A stretch of DNA of 64,000 bases, taken from contig CM082582.2 in assembly GCA_040954595.2 (NCBI GenBank), forward strand, positions 4,138,303-4,202,302, in the 5' to 3' direction. The translations under genes were made by a program, and so were the position numbers. The stretch is from Balanoglossus misakiensis (lineage: Eukaryota; Animalia; Hemichordata). Under the pieces are notes generated by a model. That model had not been told where the DNA came from, ran no database searches, and saw nothing but the letters and a program-made list of their open reading frames with translations. Below, piece after piece: positions 27,301 through 42,300 of the stretch; position 1 is the first letter of the stretch, and each line of letters begins with the position of its first letter.

Positions 27301-30300
27301 TTCCATGACCCGACGATTTTACGACTGTGATCAGAAATATTGCTCAGATTGATGTGACTATCATTTATCGCGACTTAGGTTGGCCTTGCCCTAGTAAAAA
27401 CTTTCCATCATATTGCAAATCTTGATACGCTTTTAGTTGATATTAAAATGCATTTTTGATGGAGGTAGCTGAAAGCCCTGGGTCCTTTGGGATGTCATCC
27501 AGCAAATTGAGTTAAATTGTAATTGCTAAGAGGTGATGACAGCGTGTGGGGCTCGGCCGTCCACTGGGATTTCATCAAACTGAAGCTAAATGCAAAAACT
27601 CTAAGCTCATGCACACAGGTTTTCATGTAGCATTATGTCCCCTACTTTGTCATTTGTATGGTGCAGGGAGAGAGCTCTTCTTTGACCAGGGGGAGGCTCA
27701 TTACTCCTGGAGATATGAGAACCCACTTTCTTCCGACTGAACTTTTGTTTCAGGGGATTTTCCCGTAAAAATTATGTAGACTTTTCATTAAAGAATTTTG
27801 ATGTCATCTTGGATATTTTACCAAAATATAGGTATATGATCACGGAGTGTTGCTGATAAAAACTACATTCATTTGATGTAATATTAATGAAAATATATTA
27901 TGATACTGATAGGTATTGGCTATCAAAAATTACAAAATGTTATCAGTTGCTAAAAGATATACTAGTATTAAATAAGATCATTGAACATGCTAGGTTTATC
28001 TTTGAATAAAAAATCAGGGTTTTTACATAAGTACAATAATGTTACAATTGTAATGAAGTCAATTTAAACTCAGGCTTATGTTACCTAGACAAGATAAGGT
28101 GAAGTTTTGTGAAGTCATATTGCTGTGACTTGAATGTGAGAATAAAGCCACTGGCTGTGTACCCCTTAGCTCTGCGTGGCAGGGTTGTGTGTCTTATGGC
28201 TATTTCCCACACAAGGAAGAAAATTGCTAAGACACATAGCCCTGCCATGCAGAGCTGTGCATATATCCCTGTGTGTATTTCAACGTTAATGAGATGAATT
28301 AATCCTGTGTTTATAATCCGAAGACAAAAGAAAGTGAGAATTAGCGCTTGCTGTATGATTCAGAAGATGTTTGCTTGGTTACTGTATATCCCATGTCGGT
28401 ATGGGATAAGTGACTTGATCATGCATGCATTAGACAGACCCCACACAGCTTGTCATTATTGATGGCCAACATACTCTGGTGAAATTAATGAGGTGTTATT
28501 AATTGATGAGTGATAATGCAGTTGGGAATTTCACAGTCCATGAAAATTTGATGTCGCATCAGTTTTACAAAACACTTTACCAGAGTCTCATTGTCTGTGC
28601 ATCTCCTTGAAAATAAATTTGAGTGGAATGGAACTCATCAATCTTGAGACTTTCATTAGGATTAGATACAGTGAGAATAGATTCTCTCGTTCTGTAAAGA
28701 TGGTTCATCAATTAATTAAGTTAAAATTTTCTATCCGTAATTGTACTTCATAAAATTTTAAATCTAAAGTAAAAATTCATATTTTTATGATGACTGATGT
28801 CAGTTAACTTTTATGCTTTATAAAAAAATATAAAAGGAAATGTAAAATTTTGTAAATAATTTCAAACATGAAGTGTAAATTTTAATGCTAAAATATGTAG
28901 GTGGTGTTCTTGTTGTTGCACGCATTGTGAACCAGAAGAGCAACTCTGCAGCAGAACTTGCTTTTCGCAATGCAATGCCAACCCTGAAGCTTTCACTTTA
29001 CCTTGTAAATGTCACTCACAATGCACTGAGAGTAAATGAAATGGAATGATAGAGAATTTCCCCCCACGTCGTCGGTAAATGGAATTTAGAAAAGTTGGTG
29101 TGCACACTTGCACAGGTGAGATGCTAGGCGCACCACTGAAGTGAGTTAAAACACTGCAGCAGGGAATGCAAACCAAAGTAAATACTTTTACAGTGTGCCG
29201 ATGTGTATACACCTGTCAGCTGCAAGACCCAACTTGAATGAGTAAAGGGACTCAGAATGATGGCACTTGTCTACTCAGTATGCCATGCGACCCTTCAGAT
29301 TAAGTTTTCAAAAGGAACTTAGGCTTTGTTCTTTTCACGGCGAAGGAAATCTTATATCACCGGGCTGAGGGAGTTAGTGGACAAGGGAGGGGAAACCAAA
29401 ACCAATTGCTGATAATATCAGGACATGAGAAAATATATCTCTGTGTAATGCAGTGTAATGCTGGGAACACACGTACACACATGCAAGCAGAGCTACATGT
29501 ACCACAGCACAGCAGCTAGTAGTAACACTATTTCACAGCAATTGCAAGTGATGGCCTAAATAAGGAAATATTAGGTGATACCCATTTGTCAGTTCAAAGA
29601 AACTTGCACGCAACTTTGACAGTCAGCACATTAAATAGAATTGTTTTGGAATTCTAAACTGGCGTGAACTGCATGATTACCGGTAGTACTAGAGCCAAAG
29701 TCAGAGTGTGTGTGTTATACCTATCGATGTGGCTTCAATGATGTATTGGCAGGTATTACGACACACAATGTACCACAGCATATGCTCACATCACAACACA
29801 CAGCACAACACTCAATACATGTAATACCATTATGCACACACACCCTCACACTGCGCATACAACTGCATGGGTAGCGCCACATACATTATTGAAAAAAAAA
29901 CATACATGTAGCACATCATCATCTTGATCAATTACAACTTTTCTATATGAGACTGTGTTTTTAGAACAAAATATTTGATAATCATTCTCTGAACAGTGCA
30001 ATTGAACATAAAAGTCGCTTCTTATGGTTTGGAGGAAGATATACATCTGTCTTGCAACTGTATCCGAGTGTTGAGTATATTATTTGGTTTACTAGGATAC
30101 AAAATGAAGGCTCCCAAAGAATCGTATCTCTTGAAAGATCTAGTTTTAATGCTGGGAGCCAACCCATATGATATCAATATGTACGAGAAAAGCTATGGCA
30201 ACAAGACTATATGTTCAATACTGTATTTCGATTCTCTGACTACTCAACAGTCTAGTTAATCAATTAAATCTTATTGATTTGAATGCCCACAAGTATTCTG

Positions 30301-33300
30301 ATGATCTTCCCGTCCTGAACTGTATTAGGTGGCAATGAACTTATGGGTAAAATAGGTGACGACTAACTTGACTCAATATGCTGGTTTTCAATTTATTGTC
30401 ATTCAGTTTCAAGTTTTATGTAATTTGGTTTTTGTGTCTATGATCGTTTTTGGCGCAAAAATCACAAATAAAAAAAAATTCTTTATATTTGAGTGAGAAT
30501 TTGTTGGGATATAAATTCTTAATATACACGTAGTCTTTTTGTCAGATTGAAGTAAAAAGTTAAAAAAAATAGTGATAAGTTTGCAGCATCGGTAACTGAA
30601 ATTTATAGTTTGGAAGATTTTGTGCAATTCTATGAAAAAATAAAGTTTATATTTAAATAATCAGCATATTGGAAAATTTCTGTAACGCAACTGACATTGT
30701 AATTCTGTTGAAGTGGAAATATAACAGTTTAGACATGTTCTCAGCACACTTTGTTCTATCTAAATAAACAAAAAAGCTGTCAAAAAGATAATTGTTGCTA
30801 AATAATTATGAAATATCAAAAATTGTGATCAGTTGAATGTTGACTGGTTTGTTAGTTGTACAATCTGAACTAAATATCTCAGTTTCACACTGCTGTGATG
30901 TGCAGCAGCTGTAGTAACATTACTATTCCAGTTTAGCTGTGGGTAAAGTGAATTATGTACCAGTCCTGCTAATATTGATTATTGCCCATCACCGCCCCTG
31001 GAATATTGAATGCAGATTGCCAACATATGTGCTATTTTCCAACTTTCGTCATAATGAAATTCTTTTGTTTCAGCGCATGTATGTTACAGTTGAAACCATA
31101 TGTATTTTAATATGGACGTATCCTAATTTTTTTTAAATGTAAACAAAGACAAGTCCCCACACAGTCTGTTACAGCTGACTGGCAACTGCTGGTCCATTTG
31201 TTGGCACCAGATGGAGACCAACTTTTGGGCTCTCTATGTGAGTTGCGATGAATACTATGGCTGCCTGTTTGATCTATTGGAATGTTGAGTTGTGGCATTG
31301 TTTGTTAGACGAAAGCGTGAGATTTCTCAGATGTGGCATATTGATTGTTTTTCTTTCCACTGTCATTTTAGGCTGCGTAATATTGAACGCGATGTAGTAT
31401 TTTCTTAGCTCTAAATTGTTTCAGCTGAACTCGGAAGCCCCAGCCTTGCTTTAGTCTCAAGGAAACCTTTGGCAAAATATGGTTAGAATACTGTCTACTG
31501 AACTCGGCTAAAGCGGTTGTAGCTTTAGAAAATGTCTGAGAATGTTCTTCATATGTGACACGGACAAAAACGACAGAAAAACCAGAATATGTAATTGTTG
31601 TGTATAAATTTATTTTTTTACTGATAGTTGAAGTGAAATGTAATGGATTACATGGATAGGATATTGCATGGTCAACTTGATATTTCCTGGTTCTCAGAAC
31701 ATTATCTCATGACTATATTATATCATGTGTGTCTTATATGAATTTGCACTAGTTTAACGCAAAGAAAAAAGACACTTTCAGGAAATGGTTATACAATGCA
31801 ATATCATCAATGTCCTGCCTCAATCGTCAAAATTACGTCAAAAATTGAATTTCATTTTGATTATAATACTAATTTTGTATTGTGTAGGATTAATTAGATT
31901 GTAAATTATATTCGAGAGTTGTAAAATGTTGAAAATGTTGAAATTGAATTAATCAGCACTGAGTGCATGGAATATTTCTGACATTTAACTTGTGTAAAAA
32001 TGCTGTGTGACCTGTAATGTATCGAATAGTACTCCTATAATAAGTTATTATTCAAAGACAGTTCTCACCATATTTGGCTTGAATTTTTTAACGTAGCCTT
32101 TAAAAGATAACATTGAACAAAGTTTTTGTGTTGCCAAAACTCATGAATATTGAAAAATAAATAAATGGTACAGTGTAATACTCGTTTACTATCAACAGAT
32201 GCAGACGTCGAGCATCATAAATTTTCCATATGGTAAATCCTTTAACCCCCATTAAAAATGGAATATCCCTAACAGTATCAGTTACTGTGAATCTGCCTGT
32301 ATACATGTAATTTTAATACCTGTTTATAAGCATGAGACATTGGTAGGTGTCTCAGTAAGATGCAAGTCTTATGGCTTAGAGTTCATTTCATTGGAAACTA
32401 ACATCTTGCGCTGTTGACGAGCAAAGACACGATTCGTGTCGGGTCAGGTCTGCCTAAAAACCTCGCTTGACTGCGGAACATGTACATGTCATATTTTTAA
32501 CAAGCAATTTGTGGATGCGACCAACCAGCAAATGTGACTGCAACAGTTGGGGGACTTAATTGACAGCCAGAATAACTATAATTTCAAGCTACAGTCTAGA
32601 CTTTATACTGGTCAGCACTGCCTGTGTATACGCAGGAATCGGACATCGCAGCAAGACCGCAGCAAAGCGGTTACATCTGTTTGTGTGTTACTGCGGTGTG
32701 TTTTTGCCGGTCTGTTTGGGATCCAACATTTTAGCTGTAAGTACTAATTCACTCTTGTGCAAACAGAGCGTGCTTGATGGTGAATTAATTGCTGTGTGAA
32801 TAGATGTTTATGGCTGACCACTGAGGTGTGAATTGTATCGGAGGTGTTACTGCAAAACTTGTCACACTCTCCACCCTTTGTGTTATTCTTCTTTGACGAA
32901 GCTGGCTCAACACTTCACAAAAATAAACATAAAATAGTGTTTTACCGGAGGAGCACTATACATAATTCGGAAATTTATCAGAGAATAAAAAAACGCCCTG
33001 TGTTTAATATTTTTCTGTTTTACGCGAGTATCTGAACGGAATATTTCATGACCATATGGATGACTGCGTTTGAGTATTTATAGCATGGTTTTTAGTTGTG
33101 CTTAACAATTAGCACCAGCATGTTGACTCTAGTTTGGTGATCAGTGTGTGCATATTGTCACCAGGTCAAACCCAATGCAGAAATACAGTATTTGGATGAT
33201 GAAGATTGTGTTTTTTGTATTTACTTGGATGGTTTTCATCATATGTGGTGTAAATCCATCAGGGCCGTGCTCTGAGATAACAGACGTCAGTAAGCTTTAC

Positions 33301-36300
33301 ACATATGTGCATTGATGCATCTGCCAGCAAAGCATCATGTGTTTGGGAAGGCTGTACGTAGTTTAATTCTGCACTGGCTTTCCAGAACAATAATTGGAAT
33401 GCAGTCGTACAAATTGAGGTTCATCGCGTGGGACAAGCTCTCATCCACTTCAGTCCGTACTCCGAACACATCTTTGCTGTTTCAACACACCCTCATTCAC
33501 ATAAATTCAAATTGACTATCCAAAATATCATTCGTGTGAATGATCCTATTAAGTAGAAATGAAAATGTTTTACAGTCAAATGGGCCATGAAAGAAATTAA
33601 ATAATCAAATAAATAAAATAGAACAGTTTCTAGCAAAGTAAGTTAAACGTGAAGAATATTAGTATGATTAGAAAACATTATTGATGTATATTTCATAATA
33701 TAAAAACAAAACCACATTGACTTGAGAGTTTACACAAATGATTATATTGATTGTTGATGCTATCACTCATAACAGTGTATTTACGAAACACAAAAGCCAG
33801 GTCAGTTAACACAATATTGTAACAAGTCTATTGTGTTGTTCTGTAGTATAATAGTTATTTGTTAACATTTTATGTTAAAACTAATGTAATGTAGCATTGT
33901 CATATAAAAAGACCAAGAGAGCACTTTGTTTAGTTTAACTTAAGGCCAACATTCCCTTTCTTGACACAAGCCATATTTATTGAAAAGAACAAGAAAAAAC
34001 ACTCTCGGTTTTTTTCTTCATATGACAACACAATATATTGAATAATATTTATATTTACATTCCTATCAGTCTAAACAAGTAAATACTTTCTCAAAAGATG
34101 GCTACCTGATCTTCCACCCCATATTATCTAGTTCGATAAGCTTCCATCTACATCTGCAAATGGCTTGGTCCTATAGCAAGGAATGAAGTCATTTAGTTGA
34201 ATTATTTAGATGTTATATCGAGGAAGTCAATGATCCATGACAGCCAATAACACAACTTAAAGTAAACACTCTTATGAAATAAATATCACCAAAATGCTTA
34301 AATATTGCAATTTGCTTTTACTCGTATTTCACAGCAAATCTTTTTAGGGTAGTTTTATTTTGCGAGCATGTAGTAATGTGAAATGTTGGTGAAAGGTTCT
34401 GTCAGGAGATTGCGTGGTGGCATTTTATAAATGTCTGTTGTAGCAACAAGATGACCCTGTCACAGTTATAGACATCTATTGTGAGATGGCAGAACTACAA
34501 AATTGTGAGATGGTAGTGGATGCTCCATTTTGTAGTCGTATCCTTGGAGACAGACCGTGGCTCTTCCACTGTACTGCGTCCAATTTCCTTATCTCATTCA
34601 GGTTTTTCCACAGAGCTGGTCTCAGAGGATCTAATCATTTGTTAGTTTGATCTATCTACATGTTGTCTTGACTTCAAAGTCATCATGTTTCCATAGCAAC
34701 CCCAGTGATCAGCAATCTTCATCACCAAAGTGTATTTGTTTAAGATTAAGCCCTATAGCCAAGTACATTTTTAACCAAAGACAATTTAACATAAGACATT
34801 TTCCAAGAAATATCTGACCGTGTGCCCCATGAATTCACAGTGTGCACTGCCCAAAACCAGACTATGCTGTTAGATCAACAACACTAGGACCATGTAAATG
34901 TGAATATATCTGAATTGCATTTAGAAATTGATGTTGCAATTGGTTATTTTTGGGATTCTTACAACTGTGTGTGTGATGTGATGTGATGTGATGTCTTTTT
35001 TAATTTCAAATATTGATGCACTGTTTTGATATACATGTATTCCATGCACTTGCTTATGGCACAGTCTGTATACTGATGGCAAGTTGATCTTCATTTTGAT
35101 GTTACTGCATCTTAAAGATGATGGTGTGATGGTGTCTTGTGACTTTTTTGGTCTTGATGAAATTATCATCAATTGGTTGCAGGGAAAATGTACTGATCGG
35201 TTTGAAATGGTTACAGTTGGAGTGCTTTGTGTTTGGTTTTATGTGTCATTTGGGTGTGTTATCATATTTTCATTTTTGCCATGGCAACCTTCTGGCAGTT
35301 CAAAGTATGCTACATGTAGATACTCATTAACACAGCCTGACATTGGACTTTTTAGGGTTTCAGGTCAAGGTGGTATCAGTGACCTTTACCCTTTGACCTC
35401 AAGCCAGCTGGTTTATAGCAACAACTGTTAATTCTTGCGTTTCCTACATTTTCATGTACTGACTATTCTGAGTCAGTGTTGGTTTACAGGAAACGTATTT
35501 TGCAAAGAGGTCATGAGGTGAACTGTAGAGGGCGTTAATGCATAACCCAAACTGATATATTCCCATAGCTCTTTACTTCATGGTTTTTATGTTGCTTTAA
35601 TAAAGGGCTTCCGTTTCGCGAATCAAGTACATTTTTGGTTGGCTTCCTGCTTGCCTTGTGCTCTTCAGTGATTGGACGAAGCAGACCTCATTACCATCAC
35701 CTCTAATTTACATATGCCCATATGTGGTCTAAAGCTGGCATGTCACAGTGTGTGTCTTTTAATGACCACTTGGTTGGTGCACTTATTTTCCATGTGGCCA
35801 CCCAGTGAAAATCACTGATTGGCTAAATCTTTCAATGATATTAAAACCATTGCTAAATCTGTCTTGAAGTGACATATAGAGCCAAACAGAAAAACTTAGA
35901 GGCATTTTGCAAAATATATGAAATATAAAATGAACCTCATTGTTCTTCAACGCTTTTGATAAGTTTTGTCTTGTCGTTGACAATTATAGCATCAAATGAA
36001 AGCTGAATCGTGTGACTGATACTACAATATGTGTGTCTGCCTATCTCATATGTCAATACTCCCTATTATGTACAACTCTTCAAAATTTCGTCTGACAAAG
36101 CAACTTGAGAGACTGCATTTAGATTGTCAACTGCTATTTTATATGAGCATAAGTATATAGTTATATAGTTGAAGGTGATCTTATGAAATGAGATGAGATC
36201 CTGTCAGAGATTTGGTGTGAAATGCAGGTGTTGTTTTTGAAGGCCGTTCTCCTACTTTGTTACCACCAGTGGTGTTTCCAGAAATGTCAAAGTGGAGGGA

Positions 36301-39300
36301 ATGTAAAAATAACACACAAAAAACAAGAGAAATCATATGAGAGTTATACACAATTAGATGAGAGTTGTGTGCATCATTGATGATGAGGAGAAGCAAGAGA
36401 AAATCCCATGTGACAATGGCCGTATCCTGTGTTGCTGCAACAGAAGTGTTAATGTGTGAAGGTCAGCTGCCAAATCAGACTGCAAAGAGTGTCTCCAGAG
36501 TTTCATGGCTCATGTCCGTTGTCAAGTTGCCCAAACAAATCAGAGTCTGAGCAGAATAATTACTACGTAGCAGTGAAAGCCCTTAGCTTATATCTTTTCC
36601 CTACAGCCTGCAATTAAACTGCTTATTATAACATTGTTTCTCTCGGGGTGATGATAAAATTTGGCTAAATTCCCTCAAACCTCATCAAGCATTAATATTC
36701 ATGATATTCGTGGGGGGGGGGGGGGATTCACCCCTGTGGACATGTTGGCACCCCTAGCAATTTGTCAAGCGATTGGGGGCATGCCCCACCCCCAAAAATA
36801 TTCTTGCAGAGGGGCACATATCCCCCTGTTGATGCCATCAAGGGTGGATCACTGACCAACTTTTACAGAAGCAAAGACTGACATTTAAGGCAGTATTTCT
36901 AACACATTGATTCTGTACTGCACACATTTTCATTAATAATGCATGAACAAAACTTGAAATAATTTGATTGAACGTCTGAAATGTTTGCTTTCGGAAAATG
37001 AGTTTTGCATTTGCACAATATAGTTGATATTTTCTTTACAGCAGTGAAAAACACAGTTTCATCATATTTGATTTTAATGGTTTACTTGTATCCTTGCCAA
37101 TGTGGTAGAAATATTACTTAATATTTAATAGTGAAAGTACAGACCTCGCTGGGACTGTGTATAAACAAGGTGTAGGGGATGAAACAAAATTCATTGTATT
37201 GTCAAAAGATGGATCCAAACATTATATTGATTTGAGCATCTGGCATTGGCTTAATACCAAATGGAAGAGTTTCAGAATTCCACATTGAAAAGAAGATTGA
37301 AAAGAAGAGATTTGTCACAAAGTATTGTCCCATGTGAGGGTCACATCTGGTCCGTCACTGTTCGCTTTAGTTGCAATAAAAGAGTGTGTATTACTCCCAT
37401 CTGCCTGCACAGTTGTAATCACCAAAGGCAAGAGTGCTTTTACCTTGTTTTATTTTCATTGTCAGAATGGAAAAAAAGGTTGTCATTTACTTGATATATT
37501 AGCAAATGGTCCAAAAATTTGTTTGGATTTCATTGTGATGCTATGGGCGAACAATATGGTCTACAAAGTAACAGTTTGCTGGCCATGTTGGACCTGTCAA
37601 TCATAACGGTTGCCACGGTTACTCTTCGGGGTTGCGTCAACACTCGCTTGCATTAACTGCAACACCTATCAACAAGCGTGCAACAAATGCTGTATTGCAG
37701 CAAAGCATGTGGATCCTCTACAGCATCACAGATCAGCCATTGGCATAAAACTTGAAAGAAATGTGCTTTGGTCACGTTGGGTGTGATACTAGCCTATGCA
37801 TATGAGTGACATCGTCTGTGGCCACATCTTGTTTGCATAATTTGTTAATATCAAAATATCATCTTCGCCTGCCAAGGTCTTGCTCTCCGAAAAATAGACC
37901 CTGGCAGAACCAGTGCTCAGAGCGTGTCTGTTAAAGCGCCACCACATGTTAGCACATGACCTTTAAATAGCCAGTCACGTAATCGCTTACAACCAGCACA
38001 TTGATAGTAGTCAACTTCAAGATGGTGATAGCTCACTAGGATCAACTTGAGCCTCCCACTAACTTTCCAGCTGCCCAGAAAGAAACCTTGACGGGAAGCG
38101 TTGGCGTAAAGATTCGCCACAAACAGCTGATATATATTTTTTTAGAATAGTGACCTCCATCCCCTATTAAAGCAGTACTGCTCATTCAGTACATACCGTA
38201 CACCTCACACTGTTCAGCTAGTGGTCAGGCTGGGAAATATACATACAGAAGTTATACAATATTTTTAAAAATTCCACCTTATAAAGTAAGCAGACAATAG
38301 ATGAAGAGAGCTTTCAAAACAGCAACACTAACAAGTAAATATGTATGGAAGCAAAGAAGTACCATATTGTATTTGGAAGAACACAATTAGTATATGCCTG
38401 TAAAATAAAGTCAGCAACGCTAAAGTCAACTCATTGTCTCACTTGTTAATCAACTGCAAACAGATATTAAAATATCTAAAGGTTTCGTGCAATGATTTCA
38501 CATGTACTGGTAACCTGTCATCTATTATATTTTTAGTAGTGACTGAAGGAGGTTTTATGATCCGAGGTACTTACATTATTGTCACGATATTGTCATTATT
38601 TCATCAGTAATTCCAAAATCTACCAGTAGTTTGTTGTGCCCTAATAATAGGATTTTGGGCCAAAGCGCCAATGTCTTATCGCTGTTTGGTATTTATACTG
38701 GTAGGTTTGAGACTGGCCTCATATACCAGTACATACACATGACTTGAAACATTAATTATAGATTTGATACACTATTTAATATTTGATCTTATCAAAGGCA
38801 GCACGGCATATGTTATTAAGCCCTTGTTTTTTTTTAAATAAGCAATGAAAACATCGCCATCTTAGTCAACAGATGACTTTTATGTATATTACACCCAAGC
38901 TGTCTCATTACTGAAACACATATGGTCAGGAAAACTGTTTGTCATAAACTTGGCTGTTCTCACGCTAAAACAAACCATTCTGTGTATACACATGGATTGA
39001 AATACCAAAATCATAAGAATTAACACATTCAAAGTTTACTTTTGTTAAATATTATTGAGTGTAGTTAGTCACTTAACAAACATTTTGTGTTAAAGGAATT
39101 GCTTTGATTATTGATTGCATTCACAGGGAATAAAAGTTAAACTGGTTTGAAAGAAAGACTTGTTTGTATTACAGCTATCGAAACAAAGTAAACATGGTAA
39201 ACAGTGCAAAACTATTGTCAAAGCCCTGTTACTTTCCCTTGCATGATTCTTGTTTTCAAATGGATAAAAGGGTAGTTATAACTGAGTGCCATAGATCAAA

Positions 39301-42300
39301 GCTTATCTTTGTTATCATTGGAAAGAATGACTGGCACTTGCATAGTATGGGGGACATGATCTCTTCCCTGTGCTCGACGTAAAAGCTGTACTCCGCTAGC
39401 ATGTGTAAACTACAAATGAATGATGCAAAATGTATTGATATTATTAAATAAAATGATGGAGATGGAGTTGTCAGGTAACTGCTGAGTGCAGAGGTCAGCC
39501 ATGGTCATTAAAAATGGATTTCTCCATTGTCAGTGTTGAAAACGTTCAAGCATATACAAACAGTTCTGGATTCCTGAGATCAATTATTTCATCATCATTT
39601 GTTTGAAGAAATAAACTTTTGTTGAAGTTTAGCATGTATGCAACCATAGTTAATTCAAGCCACACCCATCCTGGCATACACACTTCCGATACTAACATCC
39701 AAGCCAAAATTGAATTTACTCAAAAGTTATTATTATCATTCCGGCCATAGTCTGCTAAAGTTTGCCTTCCTTCTTCAGATAACCAGTGAATGAACCCAAA
39801 AAACCCTGTGATGAACTGTTACTTATTTTTAGCTTTAATACAATGTTTAAAAAAATAAACTTGATTATGTGTAGAGAGTAGGTGATTGCTGTTTAAGTAG
39901 GTAAATAGCTAAACAATGACAAAGAAACCATATTGTACAGGAAGAGTCCATTATTTGTTAGGGGAGGGTGTTATGCAAAGTGGGGTCATTCACAAGAAAA
40001 GAAAAGGATGCACCATCCTTAGAAAACTGCAAAATAGTTAGTTTGACCTTTGTTGTCCAAGACAGTTCACTAATTAGTATTATTACAACTAGTAAGTGAT
40101 ATTTGATGGTACGTTACAAACTTGGTAGATGCTTGTTTAGATGTACAAATTTTTTTGAATCATATGAATTAATAGTACATGATGTGTAGTATTTTTTTGT
40201 CAAATTGATACCAGTATCAAGCGTTGACATCCATCAAATCTGATTATTTATTCCAATGACTTGTAAAGTAACACAAACATTTGAAAAAAGAAATTAAACA
40301 AAAATAGTGTCATTTTTGAAGTAATTTTGAAGAAAGTCCATCAATTTTCTTGCACGGGAGTTGACATTATAAGTTTTGGCACATATACATACCATAGGCC
40401 AATTAAACCGTAAAGGTATAGTACTGAAATCAAAATCAGTTCTAGTAAAAAAGTTTTTGAACTAGAATTTCTGTCTATTGGTCCAAAGTTACATACCAGT
40501 GTAGTTATCGACCAACTTTCTGAAAATAGTCTCTTGTTGCTGGCAGACCCCCACCATCTCATTTTAAAATACATCAGAAGCCAGCATGCAAAACCCCTGG
40601 TACAACTGATTTATATTTAGCAACAACTGCATCATAATGGTGGCATCCCTAGTGTCACAAAACAAAGCATGGGGGCCACCTGAGTTGGCAACCTTTGAAC
40701 TGAAACTCTGGCTAATCACACTGACTATAAGTCTTGCATGATCTCATTGAGGATGCTGCTATGAACCCAGCTGTAGCTTGCCAGGTAGGCTGTCGACGCT
40801 CAAATTCCGCACTCTAGTTTTCTGGAGAGTTCACGCACATTTCTGCAGTCTTTGCCGAATGCCAAAGTAAATTTCAAGTAATTTGGGTATTGCTTAAACA
40901 CATACCCATGTCAGCCAGCCAATGCAGGCTATTGTTATGTATGACTGTTGTCGCTGAACAGAAGGACAAGCATTTGTGAATCAGCTGTATTATCATAACA
41001 AAAGCAGATTGGCTGGCATCCTGTGTTCTGGAAATTGTCTGGCCACTCCGGCTCCTTTGTGCGCTAAATGAGCTGTTGGCCCTTTTGTAGGGCGCACACA
41101 ATAAGCGAGGGAACATGTGTTCTATGCACCTGGACTTGCCTGCACATATCTGAGACCATTCACATACACGCAGTGATAGGGGTAGGGATCATCCACTGTT
41201 TAGTCTCATCGTGTGGGCCCACTGACTACGCCGCACAGCTAGGACATTAGTATCACTGCCTGGCAAAGCAAACACACTGGATTTGTAGCAGCTCGTCATT
41301 CATTCTCCTAGCGGTGCATTAGCCAGACATCTTCATGGTTAGCAAAACAGAGAGACAAGGTTGGTTTGTGACACGGAATAATGTGTGAACTGGGACACTT
41401 TCAGTATTCCAGTCAATGTTTTTTTGACCATGTAATGTAATTTTTTTCATATTGTTTATTTAGCAACGTGGTGTATTACCATATAGCTTTCAGTTTTTCT
41501 CACCTCCTCACAACCTTTTCAATTTAATTCTCTCAATGCAGTGCGTTCACTTTTGTCCCTTCCATTTCAGTATTGTTTATTGATTTTACCGACTTATTTT
41601 CTCCCTCAATATGCTCTTTAATAGCAAATTTGAAATGAAAACATGTCTTTACAGGCTCTACAACAGGAAGCAGTTTCCTCCAACATGTACAAGGCCATTT
41701 GGTCCCATTTGAAATGCGACTGATTTTGTTTTTTTTATGTGCTGCTCTTTGTTATAGATTACATAGAACCAAGCATGCCTGATTCGCCAGCTGATCAAGG
41801 CAGTGCCAAGACTGCTGCCTCGACGCAGCAGCAGCAACCGCAGTGTTCCCCGACGGGACAGCCACCAGTTACAACAATGTCTGTTCCCACCCATTCCAGA
41901 TCAGTATCCACCAGTTCCGGCTCAGGTGAGTTCCACCATCTTTTAAACCCCAGTTCCCAGCGCAAAATCAATGGCCTACATAATCCGCCGTGTTTGCTTT
42001 GCCTATACATACACTTACCAGGCAGGATTACGACATGTTTTTTTTGTGTGTCGACCTGTCTGTTTACGTAGTCATCTCAGATTTGGCTGAGAACCAAAGC
42101 AGCTAGCTAGGATTTACTATTTTTTTTTCAGTCTTTAAATTGTTCCATTAAGCTTAATTCTGCTGGGGGTAACTAGGTCTATGCATATTTTATGGACAAA
42201 TGGTTTTGATTAAAGCAACATAAGTGAAGTCATACAAGTGCGCTTTGCTCTAAACCAATCTAGCCGGAGCTGTGATACTCTTTTGAATTGAGGGGATTTG

